Source: Bacteriovoracia bacterium (lineage in GTDB: Bacteria; Bdellovibrionota; UBA1018; JBFWNL01). Taken from it: a DNA stretch of 64,000 bases. Of this stretch, positions 21,301 through 29,292 are shown piece by piece. The notes below the pieces were generated by a model. That model did no database searches and was not told where the DNA came from. It saw only the letters and a program-made list of their open reading frames with translations. Location of the stretch: positions 465,927 to 529,926 of the forward strand of contig JBFWNL010000002.1 of assembly GCA_050251055.1 (NCBI GenBank). The letters run 5' to 3'. Both the position numbers and the translations under genes were made by a program. Every line of letters starts with the position of its first letter. Position 1 is the first letter of the stretch.

Positions 21301-22053
21301 GAATCCGTCACCGAGCTAAAGGATCCGGTCCATCCCGGATTTAATCTACCGTTCTACTATAACTACTATCAGGCGGACTTGGCCGACGGGGTCTGCGCCG
21401 CCATGGGCTTCGAGCGTGGCCTTAAGGGCTCCACCGCCGGAGCGGGGAAGTCGGCGGATTCGGTCCAGGTCGACGCCAAAGGAAGCCTTACCGATTTCGG
21501 CACCAACCAGGCGACGGTGTCGCAGGTGGCTTGCTTGAACCCAGTCGCCAAGCCGGTGGTGCAACGCGGACAGTTCTTGGTCAACCCCACGCACCCGAAC
21601 TCGGGCCTGCTGATTACGAACGACACCCCGTCCATGCACGGTATCTGCCGAATCAACGGCTTCGCGCGGGCCCTAGCCCAAGGCCAAGGCGTGAGGGCAG
21701 GGGGAGTGGCGGCCACTCTAACGCTCGATGCGGAAGGTAAAATCACCGCCGCCCCGGCTTCCGCCTACACGCTGGCCAAGGTTTTCTGCCTCGAACCAGG
21801 AAACTATGGGCCCACGGAAGAATCGACGTTGATCCAAAACCCCCAGCACCCGGTGGCTAAGCTTCCCTTCTCCGCCACCAGCTCCGAAGATGGCGTGTGC
21901 AAAGCCCTGGGCCACGACCGCGCCGCGAAGGGGAGTCTGCGGAACGGCAACTCCGTCGACACCGTACAGGTCGACGCCGATGGCAAGGAAACCACGCGCA
22001 CCCTGGGCTACAGCGTCGGCTCCTTGGTTTGCATTAAAAATACCAGCAAGTAG
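18397..22053 (+). CDS. Secreted RCC1-repeat protein with ten C-terminal two-cysteine repeats (putative adhesin)
   Basis: Signal peptide ending TWA; RCC1/BLIP-II blades (AG..HTC...V.CWG) then ten repeats. Start uncertain (18358/18382/18397); TTGTCA-17-TATGAC favours 18397. Confidence 0.85.
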   Translation: MDFSGFSFLQFVVGICLSLASIAPTWAAENPNPSASFTSPLAMGVGHACVITEAGLKCWGPNNAFGQQNVPPNLGTPFAVAAGDYHTCTIVHDLAYCWGKNDNGQRDVPDDLPAPVMEIAAGYQHTCAIAANQVHCWAKEYKNGQASPEHKFADEYQSGGFKNPRGLVAGEDHTCVITDTGVRCWGLDSAGQASPPKDLPPALMLAAGAQHTCALLAETKAIRCWGKVIGGPLEPEAGLVNPRAIFAGKQHTCAQTDDGLRCWGADIPGVLSVPPQFPKHIYGASGGWKNTCVALRANVHCWGKDKDAFNRAYPGGIPLADLAPYASLGAARNSEKNSTESVFAEEITLKNPRYPGTDKFFLHPSQFNNPERPLTANGICKVLGYEKATSAGAKSSSFYGKAYSVDDNGELVAYHSNSLTVSYITCQNLLRKNPVGKLARIENPKYPGQDLPFTALGGSNPATAENGVCRLLGFARALKFSSQPDTSANLLGAVISETGELVGVRNQNAIKELVCIDPSPAAPPEEIFSLKDPKVPGTQLPFRSGISGPQEHGVCKALGYESAVIGSASGSGNAGQGVTPDEQGKLVELTNNVYPISQIICKKRLENLRLPAVTQVDNPLHPGVKLPFLLTGQAWDESAICRAMGFEYGVRRSATSSGPAAAYSVYLDQEARVSHLGVNANPVGKVLCVNARPGGESQENGEWVNDPVYPGTSYAFGMQDKNNMGQPSEKGTCRLLGYERAARGSGGPNANGLGPALFVDEEGKITQGGSASYRLGKIFCLNPSTPTPPEAVAELKDPVHPGFNLPFANSPYGQQDLPSGICKSLGYERGVNFSAVANGKPAQAILVDNSGQLASVVTNQNLVSQVICLNRLTEFKMQNGRYINVPTYPGTTYAFGYSNISGGGPFPSDGICRLLGYSKSAAHLTQSGPSTPSPVVYVNPEGKLTQASPASTRIENVFCLDKTEALAPESVTELKDPVHPGFNLPFYYNYYQADLADGVCAAMGFERGLKGSTAGAGKSADSVQVDAKGSLTDFGTNQATVSQVACLNPVAKPVVQRGQFLVNPTHPNSGLLITNDTPSMHGICRINGFARALAQGQGVRAGGVAATLTLDAEGKITAAPASAYTLAKVFCLEPGNYGPTEESTLIQNPQHPVAKLPFSATSSEDGVCKALGHDRAAKGSLRNGNSVDTVQVDADGKETTRTLGYSVGSLVCIKNTSK
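19435..22050 (+). repeat. Ten tandem protein repeats of roughly 75-95 aa
   Basis: Each unit reads [LIV]x[ND]PxxPGxxxPF-variable loop-G[IV]C[KR]xLG[YF]...VDxxGxL...[IV]xC. Confidence 0.9.
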
Positions 22054-22062
22054 AACGGGCGA

Positions 22063-23535
22063 TCAACGCGCCTGTAGCGCCGCGAGCAGCTTAGGAATGA
22101 ATCCCCCAAACCCGCCGTTGGAAAGCACGGCTACGAGGTCGCCCGGCCGCGCGTCGTGCGCCACGTCCTCGACCCCCGCTTCCACCGTCGAAAAAATTCG
22201 GGCCGAAACACCCCGGGCGGCAATGTCCCGCACCAACTCTTCGCTTGAGAAGCGGTCGTCGGACGCGATCTTTTCCTGATTGAAGGGAGCGGCAATGAAA
22301 ACCGAGTCCGACCCCAGGAACGCATCTACATAGTCCCGCTGGAAAATTTTTCGCCGCGAAGTCGCGCTCCTTGGCTCGAAAACCGAGACGAGCCGGCGCT
22401 GGGGATACTTCGCCCGCAACGCCTGCAGTGTCACCTTCACTGCCGTCGGGTGGTGGGCAAAATCATCGACGACCAGCACGCCTTTTACTTCCCCGCGTTC
22501 CTCCTGCCGCCGCTTCACGCCGCGGAAGCTCGCCAGCCCCTTCGCCACGATGTCGGAAGCCAAACCCAAGGTCGTGGCCTGAATCCAAACCGCAAGCGCA
22601 TTGAGCACGTTGTGCTCTCCCGGGAGCTGCAAGGAGATGTCCGCCACGCGCTTGGCTGGCCCCGTATCACGCTCCCCGTGATCTCCGTAATCCATGATTG
22701 CGAACGAAGTCCGCCCGCCCTCGACCACTACCTGCTCCGGTCGAAACCGGGCCGGTGCGCGTGCCCCATAAGTCACCACGGGCACCTGCGCCTGCTGCAA
22801 GAGCTCCTGGTTAGTCGCGTAGTCGGTGCAGACGATCAGCCGACCGCCGGCCCGGATGCGCGCGAGCAGGCCCCGAAACGCTTCCATGACGTGGGCCAAG
22901 TCACGGTAAATATCGGCATGATCGAACTCCACCGAAGTGAGGATCACGTCATTGGGTAAGTAGTGATTGAACTTTGGAACTTTGTCCCAAAAGGCGGTGT
23001 CGTACTCGTCCCCTTCGAGCACGAACGGCGTGCCAGAGTCCAGGCGCGGAACATGAAAACTTTGCGGGATGTCCGGGGAAACCCCGCCGATGAAATACGC
23101 CGGATTCTGCCCGGCGTGGTTAAGTACGTGGGCAAGCAAACTCGAGGTAGTCGTCTTACCGTGCGTACCCGCGACGACGAGATTTCGGGTAGTCGGAAGC
23201 AGTAGGCGCTCCATGAACTCAGGTAACGAGCAATAGGCGTAACCTCCGGTCATCGCGGCCTGGGCCTCGAGGTTCGCGCGCGTGATGACATTGCCAATCA
23301 CCACCAGATCAGGCCGTTGCGGAAGCCCCGTCAAGTTTTCCGCCCGGTAGCCGCTGAATATCGAAACCCCCGCCTGCTTGAGCACGTCGCTCATGGGCGG
23401 ATAGACGTTCTCATCGCTGCCCGTGACTTCAATCCCACGCCGCTTGAGAAACGCCGCGAACGCGCCCATCAAAGTACCGCAAACACCGACGATGTGGACT
23501 CGTTTGACTTCGGCAAAAGTAGGGAAAGCCGTCAT
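22063..23535 (-). CDS. mpl: UDP-MurNAc:L-Ala-gamma-D-Glu-meso-DAP ligase Mpl
   Basis: GVCGTLMG, SDENVYPPMS, AGTHGKTTTSS, EGDEYDTAFWDKVPKF, EFDHADIY, DDFAHHPTA, FEPRSATSRR. Confidence 0.9.
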   Translation of the reverse strand: MTAFPTFAEVKRVHIVGVCGTLMGAFAAFLKRRGIEVTGSDENVYPPMSDVLKQAGVSIFSGYRAENLTGLPQRPDLVVIGNVITRANLEAQAAMTGGYAYCSLPEFMERLLLPTTRNLVVAGTHGKTTTSSLLAHVLNHAGQNPAYFIGGVSPDIPQSFHVPRLDSGTPFVLEGDEYDTAFWDKVPKFNHYLPNDVILTSVEFDHADIYRDLAHVMEAFRGLLARIRAGGRLIVCTDYATNQELLQQAQVPVVTYGARAPARFRPEQVVVEGGRTSFAIMDYGDHGERDTGPAKRVADISLQLPGEHNVLNALAVWIQATTLGLASDIVAKGLASFRGVKRRQEERGEVKGVLVVDDFAHHPTAVKVTLQALRAKYPQRRLVSVFEPRSATSRRKIFQRDYVDAFLGSDSVFIAAPFNQEKIASDDRFSSEELVRDIAARGVSARIFSTVEAGVEDVAHDARPGDLVAVLSNGGFGGFIPKLLAALQAR

Positions 23536-24665
23536 CCGAGCATTATACCGAAGTTTTCATGGAGGTCTTCCCGAATCGCGTCGTGAAAACGCGGCCGAAA
23601 CGCCTTGATCTGGATATTTTCCCGGGAAGGATGCACGCGATTGCTCAAAAGCGCCACGGCCACCCCCGCGGCTGGATCAATCCAAAGCGAAGTTCCCGTG
23701 AACCCCAAGTGACCGACCGTGGCGGGCGAGAAATACTGACCCACCGACGATCCCGCAGCCGAAGGAGTGTCCCAGCCCAATGCCCGCTCGCATCCCGCCG
23801 GGCTTGATACGCGACGCCACATCCTACGCACCGTGGAAGGCAGATAGAAGCCGGTCGAGACCCGTTCGGCGAAATGAAGCACGTCGCTCACCGTTCCGAA
23901 AGCTCCGCTGTGCCCCCCATAGCCACCCATCGCCCAGCAGTTGTCGTCATGCACCTGCCCCTGCAGGACTCCGCCCCGCCACGGGCAATTTTCGGTGGCG
24001 GCGTATCGCTCATCCGTGCCGGCGCGCACGTCGCGCTCCACCCGCCGAAACTCGAAGCCCAACCCCATCGGACGCCATACGAAATCACGAACCGCGACAT
24101 CGAACGGTGCGGAGACCGCCTCCTCCAGCACGAACCCTAGGAGCAGCATCGAAACATCCGAATACACCGCCTTGGTTTCGACGTCGGCTTCCGGTTTCAC
24201 CTGCAAGATGATTTCTCGCATGACCGCCTGACGGTCAGCGACCGACACTCGCGCCAGGTCTACGCCTGGGAAGCGAGCGCGGATCTGCTCGAAGTAAGGT
24301 TCCCACCAAACGAAACCCGCCGTGTGCGAAAGCAGATGCCGCAAACGGATCCGCGCGTGGGGATACCCCGGGAAGAAACGGCGCACGGAATCGTCCCAAT
24401 CGATCCAGCCGCGCTCGACCAGCGTGGCCGTTAGGGCCGTGGTGGCAACGATTTTCGTAACCGATGAAAGATCAAACGGCGTATCGCGGGAAAGCGGCAG
24501 CGAAGACGGCACCTGGCGCCGAACCCCCGCGTGGCCGGACCAAAACGGCGCCGTGCGCCCCCTCAGCCAGACCCCGGCCGTGGCGCCAGGAAAAACGGCA
24601 TCCGTCACGCCCGCGTGCAAAGCGGCCAATGTTTTGGGAAAAGCGGCGTCTAAAGGGTCCAACAC
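23532..24665 (-). CDS. Serine hydrolase, beta-lactamase class C / PBP-like family
   Basis: FDLSSVTK (SxxK), LLSHTAG, YSD, GQVHDDN, GHLGFTGTSLWIDP, LSNRVHP. Confidence 0.88.
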   Translation of the reverse strand: MLDPLDAAFPKTLAALHAGVTDAVFPGATAGVWLRGRTAPFWSGHAGVRRQVPSSLPLSRDTPFDLSSVTKIVATTALTATLVERGWIDWDDSVRRFFPGYPHARIRLRHLLSHTAGFVWWEPYFEQIRARFPGVDLARVSVADRQAVMREIILQVKPEADVETKAVYSDVSMLLLGFVLEEAVSAPFDVAVRDFVWRPMGLGFEFRRVERDVRAGTDERYAATENCPWRGGVLQGQVHDDNCWAMGGYGGHSGAFGTVSDVLHFAERVSTGFYLPSTVRRMWRRVSSPAGCERALGWDTPSAAGSSVGQYFSPATVGHLGFTGTSLWIDPAAGVAVALLSNRVHPSRENIQIKAFRPRFHDAIREDLHENFGIMLG

Positions 24666-24673
24666 CCCTTAGT

Positions 24674-24742
24674 TTAATCCACGCCGAACATTACGAATAA
24701 GCAAAGAACACTAAGACTAAACAAAAAAGGGATTCCGATCAT
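24674..24742 (-). CDS. Small hydrophobic protein, 22 aa (not in the ORF track)
   Basis: GGGGGGTG-ATTCT-ATG then MIGIPFLFSLSVLCLFVMFGVD*. Confidence 0.45.
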   Translation of the reverse strand: MIGIPFLFSLSVLCLFVMFGVD

Positions 24743-24902
24743 AGAATCACCCCCCAGGCCTTAGACAAAGCAAAGGCGAGGCCAAACTCGAAACCCGAAT
24801 CGACCTGGGGAAAACCCTGGAATTCCGGGCAGTCAATTCGCTGACGGACGCGGGGGCCTATAAAAAACACCGACTGGTTGACGGTTTGGGGCAATCTCAT
24901 GG

Positions 24903-25772
24903 CTAAAACACTCCAATCGAAAAATCGCGATACTCTTCTTTTGTGATGACCCGGTCGTTGAGGAAGTAATCCCGGTGCTCGCGGATCTTACCTTCGCGGT
25001 CGAGCCCCGTTGTCTGATTCACGCGAACTTCGGCGATAAAGTCAGCAAAGCTGATGCGAGTCAGCTCCGTCATCTGGCCTTCACCGGCTTCGTCGATATC
25101 GATCCCGCGATTGCTGACGCCGATTTCCCCCTCGCCGTTGCCACGGATCTCGACCAACACGCCTACCTTTCCATATTTTTGCGAATTCACGATGCCGGAG
25201 ACGTTCATGCCGAATGTGGCGGACATCGCACTCTCCCCGCTGATCGAATAAACGAAGCTCCCGCTACCGGAAAGCTCGACGCTATCCACATCGTTCAGCT
25301 CGCGATAACCGTCGTCGGTCACCTGGTACAGAGACTGGTAAACCCCGGTGATCGTTCCGTTGGGCGGCAGGGCCTTGCCCTTTTCCGGAAACCCCGTGGA
25401 TCGGAACTCTTGCTGGACGTTCACGGGACACCCCTGGCCGCCGACCTTAAGCACAAAATCGATCCCGTGGGATTGATCCTTGTCCAAAATTTCGCACTTG
25501 GCGTCGTCGATCCGCTTGGCCATGCGGGAAACCCGGTCCAGCTCAATCCCGCCTTCGACTTCCGCAGTCGTAGCCGTTTTCGCCTGCTTGGCTCGGGCCT
25601 GATACTTAGCGTTCCGGACGGCGCTTTCGGTGGACGCCATGGCGTTCGCAAACTCCTTCACCATGGACTTTTGGGTCTCATTCAAGGGCGCGCGCTTCTC
25701 CGCTTCCCCGCAGCCCATAAAGCCGACTAAGGCCAAACCTAAAACGAAAGTCCCGATGCGATTGAATCCCAT
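24903..25772 (-). CDS. Hypothetical lipoprotein, beta-rich C-terminal part
   Basis: AGGGAG RBS before ATG 25772; lipobox-like FMG-C. Confidence 0.7.
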   Translation of the reverse strand: MGFNRIGTFVLGLALVGFMGCGEAEKRAPLNETQKSMVKEFANAMASTESAVRNAKYQARAKQAKTATTAEVEGGIELDRVSRMAKRIDDAKCEILDKDQSHGIDFVLKVGGQGCPVNVQQEFRSTGFPEKGKALPPNGTITGVYQSLYQVTDDGYRELNDVDSVELSGSGSFVYSISGESAMSATFGMNVSGIVNSQKYGKVGVLVEIRGNGEGEIGVSNRGIDIDEAGEGQMTELTRISFADFIAEVRVNQTTGLDREGKIREHRDYFLNDRVITKEEYRDFSIGVF

Positions 25773-25792
25773 AACGATCTCCCTTGGTCGGG

Positions 25793-25821
25793 TTTTTACA
25801 TAACGCAAGCGCTCGCGTCAA
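25793..25821 (-). promoter_or_regulatory. Sigma70-type promoter
   Basis: TTGACG-17-TAAAAA upstream of the lipoprotein gene. Confidence 0.5.
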
Positions 25822-25854
25822 TGTATTTAGATCGTTGAAATTATTAACTAAAAG

Positions 25855-27096
25855 CTAGATCACGGCACCTTCGCGGACAAGGTCGCCGCTCTCAAAGCGG
25901 GCGCCGCGCAAAGGATGAAGGTCAAGTGTCTCGTATCGGCCACGTAACATCTTCTCAGCTAACGCCAAACCCGCCGCGTAACTATGCATGGCTCCGTGTC
26001 CCGAGAACGAATGAGCCTCAAAGCAACCGCCCACGCGCCCCGCTTCACCCAACTCGACAGCTCCAATAATGGCGGATTCGTCGGGAGAAACTTCGTACAA
26101 GCCCGACCAGCCCGTGAGGTGCTTCAGGCGCTCAAACTTGCTCGACCGCTCGAAGAGCGCCGGCCAAATGATGTCCATGAAGAACGATTCGCCGTCGTAC
26201 GCGTAGTTGAAACCTTCCGGTTCCTGGTGATTGGCGAATCCCGCGAGCCCGTTCGTGGCTTCGGGATGGAAATACACGCCCGAGTTGTCTACCACCATGC
26301 CGTAGGGGCTTAAGTCGATGTCGCGACAATCGAAGATGCAGACTTGGCGACGCACGGCCTTGGTCACATGAGGATATTTCAGCAGCTTCGCGATCTCGCC
26401 CGCCCATGCGCCCGCGCAGTTCACCACTTGCTTAGCGAGGTACTCCACGCGCTCACCCGCTGCGGTCGGCTGGCCCGAAAGCACCTGGATTTTATCCTCA
26501 ACCGATAGGATGGAGGGATATCTCTCGCACGCAATGCGATAACGGTAGCCGCCATTCGCTGCGGAGTCGACGATCTCGACCGCGCGCACGAGACGCCGAT
26601 CCTCGAAAACCGCGCCGGCCGCACGCCCTTCCTGCCGAAAGTGCATCTTTAAGAGATTCGGATTCACCAACCCGTCGCGTGGCGCGAACATCGCGCCCGC
26701 GAGATCCTCGGTCCGATCAATGAAAGGGAAACGCGCCGTGATGCCCGCACGGTCCAGCACTTCCACTGGCCAGCCCATCTGAGTCTGCAGCTTATGCTCC
26801 GCCTGGGCGCGCGCAAAACGCTCGGGCCCGTGCAGCCAAAGGTAGCCACAGGCGCGATACCCCGACTCTTCCGGGATTTTTGCGAAATATTCGATGGAAA
26901 GCTTCGAACACTCGATATTCACAGGCTGGCTGAAAGTGGCGCGCACACCGCCAGCATTGAGCTCCGAGCTGCTCAACGAACCCTCCAGATCAAAGTCGAT
27001 CACGCGCACACCACTGGCGCCCAAACGCGCTAAGTGCATGGCGAGGCTACTACCCACCAATCCCGCGCCTATTACTAATGTATCGACCTTTTCCAT
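25855..27096 (-). CDS. FAD-dependent oxidoreductase (DAO / sarcosine oxidase beta-like)
   Basis: VIGAGLVG, NAGGVRATFS, VVNCAGAWA, WSGLYEVSPD, FSGHGAMH. Confidence 0.88.
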   Translation of the reverse strand: MEKVDTLVIGAGLVGSSLAMHLARLGASGVRVIDFDLEGSLSSSELNAGGVRATFSQPVNIECSKLSIEYFAKIPEESGYRACGYLWLHGPERFARAQAEHKLQTQMGWPVEVLDRAGITARFPFIDRTEDLAGAMFAPRDGLVNPNLLKMHFRQEGRAAGAVFEDRRLVRAVEIVDSAANGGYRYRIACERYPSILSVEDKIQVLSGQPTAAGERVEYLAKQVVNCAGAWAGEIAKLLKYPHVTKAVRRQVCIFDCRDIDLSPYGMVVDNSGVYFHPEATNGLAGFANHQEPEGFNYAYDGESFFMDIIWPALFERSSKFERLKHLTGWSGLYEVSPDESAIIGAVELGEAGRVGGCFEAHSFSGHGAMHSYAAGLALAEKMLRGRYETLDLHPLRGARFESGDLVREGAVI

Positions 27097-27103
27097 CCGG
27101 AAA

Positions 27104-27997
27104 CTACCAGGACTGAGGAGTATAGCTTTCGTCGACGATCTTGAACTGCCCGTCTTCCTCGGCGACGTAAAGCGTCTTCGTACCCGAAGATTTGTGACCC
27201 GTCCGCCCATTTTTTAGCCTGGAGTAATAATTCTGATTGAATTGGACGACGGAATACTTCGGATGCTTGAAGAAAAGAACGTGCTTGGGATTCACTTGGA
27301 TCTCGGCGTAATTCTTGATCAAGCCAGCCTTGTAGGACTTCCAGGCCGCCTTATCCTTACCTTGAGCACTGAACTGGGAGTGGTAGTGCTTGATGTAGGG
27401 CTCGATCTCGCGTGACTCCCAACCCTTGACCCAGCCGTCGAAAAATTGCTGAAGCTTGGGATCCTTGCCCGGTTCCATATACTCGGGCGTGAGGTCTTCG
27501 AAGATCAGGATCGGCGTCAACCCCAGGCGGACAAAAGGCTTGATCTCCTGAAGCTCGTGGTTATTGACCACCACGCAGCCTTCACTGTCATAGTCCTTCT
27601 TCAACCGCTCCGGTTCGTTGGTCGCATGCAACATCACCGCAGAGCCCGTTCGGCCTGCAATACGGTCATAGGGATTGGGATAGGCCATGTGAAACGCCAT
27701 CACACCAAACTTGGGCTTGAGGCCCGGCGGCGTCAGATACATGTTGAAAAAGTAGATTCCTTCGGGGGTCTTGAGATCGCCCTCTTCCTGCTTATCACCC
27801 AAGACGCGCCCTAGCGTGGCATGAAATGACTTCAACGTATGATAGGCGCCGTTTTGGTATTCAACGACCGTGAGCGCGTGGTCCTTCTTATTAACGAGGA
27901 TGGCGGTGGGCTTTTGCGGAGCAGCCAATAAACCGGGTGATGAAGAGAGACCCAGCACGGCTATGAAGAAAGAAAAGAGAGATAAATGTCGCGTCAT
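27104..27997 (-). CDS. L,D-transpeptidase/carboxypeptidase with C-terminal NTF2-like domain (Csd6/Pgp2/Bd1075-like)
   Basis: Signal peptide; GDKQEEGDLKTPEGIY, YPNPYD, catalytic MLHAT...SEGCVV; C-terminal WVKGWES...Y...F.QNY...K.LY...KIVDE. ATGA overlap with the upstream gene. Confidence 0.85.
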   Translation of the reverse strand: MTRHLSLFSFFIAVLGLSSSPGLLAAPQKPTAILVNKKDHALTVVEYQNGAYHTLKSFHATLGRVLGDKQEEGDLKTPEGIYFFNMYLTPPGLKPKFGVMAFHMAYPNPYDRIAGRTGSAVMLHATNEPERLKKDYDSEGCVVVNNHELQEIKPFVRLGLTPILIFEDLTPEYMEPGKDPKLQQFFDGWVKGWESREIEPYIKHYHSQFSAQGKDKAAWKSYKAGLIKNYAEIQVNPKHVLFFKHPKYSVVQFNQNYYSRLKNGRTGHKSSGTKTLYVAEEDGQFKIVDESYTPQSW

Positions 27998-28698
27998 CGG
28001 GTGGTTAGACGAAATTCCCACACTCTCTTAAGGGCTTCAAGCACGATTTTCTTGCTCATTTTGCTGTGGCCGACTTTACGGTCTTCGAAAACGATCGGGA
28101 ACTCGCGAATCTTATACCCCAGTTTAAAGGCCCGGTATTTCAACTCGATCTGGAAGGAATAGCCATCCGAGCGTAGGGTGCTCAAATTCATCTTCTCCAG
28201 CACCTGGCGCCGCCAGCCATTGAAACCACCGGTGAAATCGTTGATCGGCGCGCCCAGGATCGTGCGCGCGTAGATGCTCCCACCCCGGCTGATGATCTTC
28301 CGGCCCAACCCCCAATTCATCGTTCCGCCACCCGAAACGTAACGCGAACCGATCACGACGTCGTACTCTTTCAGCAAATCCAGCATGGTCGTCAGATAAC
28401 GGGGATTGTGGGAGAAATCAGCGTCCATCTCGATTAAACAGTCGAAACCTTGCGCCAAGCCCCACCGAAACCCGGCGATGTACGCCTGCCCCAGGCCCTT
28501 TTTTTCTTCCCGATGTAGGACGTGCAGGCGTGGATTCTGGGCGGCCAGCGTATCGGCGAGCTTGCCCGTACCGTCGGGCGAATTGTCGTCGACGACGAGG
28601 ATCTCCGTATCCTTCGGAGTGGCTTCCAAAACGGCGGAAGTCAGCGACTGGAGATTCTCGATCTCATTGTAGGTCGGGACGATGACCAGTGAACGCAT
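27994..28698 (-). CDS. Polyprenol monophosphomannose synthase (DPM1-like GT2)
   Basis: VPTYNE, VDDNSPDGTG, GLGQAYIAGF, MDADFSH, GSRYV.GG, GYSFQIELK, EFPIVFEDR..G.SKM. Confidence 0.9.
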   Translation of the reverse strand: MRSLVIVPTYNEIENLQSLTSAVLEATPKDTEILVVDDNSPDGTGKLADTLAAQNPRLHVLHREEKKGLGQAYIAGFRWGLAQGFDCLIEMDADFSHNPRYLTTMLDLLKEYDVVIGSRYVSGGGTMNWGLGRKIISRGGSIYARTILGAPINDFTGGFNGWRRQVLEKMNLSTLRSDGYSFQIELKYRAFKLGYKIREFPIVFEDRKVGHSKMSKKIVLEALKRVWEFRLTTR

Positions 28699-28726
28699 TT
28701 TTTATCTTACGATGCGCGCGAAGGCC

Positions 28727-29215
28727 TCAGAACGGGATATCGTCTTCGGTGAAGCTGGGTTCTTCCATCGGCATATTGCCGCCGACGGGGCCGCCCGCCG
28801 ACGGGGCCATGCCCATGCCGTTGGTCGCGCCTTGATTGTAGCCACCTTGGGACATATCCGAAGAATCGCGACGGGCGCCGGCCCCCGCGCCTTCACCCAA
28901 GAAGCGCACGTTGGAAACTTGGATCTCAGTGGTGTAGCGGGTTTGGTTGTCCTTGTCCTGCCACTGGCGGGTCTGCAGACGGCCTTCCAGGTAAACCTGG
29001 CGACCCTTCTGGAGATATTGGTTGCAGAGCTCGGCTTGCTTGCCCCAAACGACGCATTTATGCCATTCGGTGCGTTCCTGCTTCTGACCTTGTTTATCCA
29101 CCCAGGCTTCGTTCGTGGCGACGCTGAAATTCGCGACGGCCGCTCCCGAGGGAGTGTAACGAAGCTCGGGGTTCTGCCCCAACCTGCCAACGATGATCAC
29201 TTTATTGACTGACAT
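28727..29215 (-). CDS. ssb: Single-stranded DNA-binding protein
   Basis: [37 protein letters not shown]-terminal DDIPF; GGAG RBS. Confidence 0.97.
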   Translation of the reverse strand: MSVNKVIIVGRLGQNPELRYTPSGAAVANFSVATNEAWVDKQGQKQERTEWHKCVVWGKQAELCNQYLQKGRQVYLEGRLQTRQWQDKDNQTRYTTEIQVSNVRFLGEGAGAGARRDSSDMSQGGYNQGATNGMGMAPSAGGPVGGNMPMEEPSFTEDDIPF

Positions 29216-29292
29216 GCTCCACCACATACACGTCAGCTTCACCGGCCGTCAAGGAGCATAGTTATGACGCTTAGCGTGATTGTTGGGTCGAC

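Noticed and set aside
19435-22050. Diversity-generating retroelement as the source of loop variation
   Set aside because: No reverse transcriptase or near-identical template repeat in the window, and differences are not adenine-specific.
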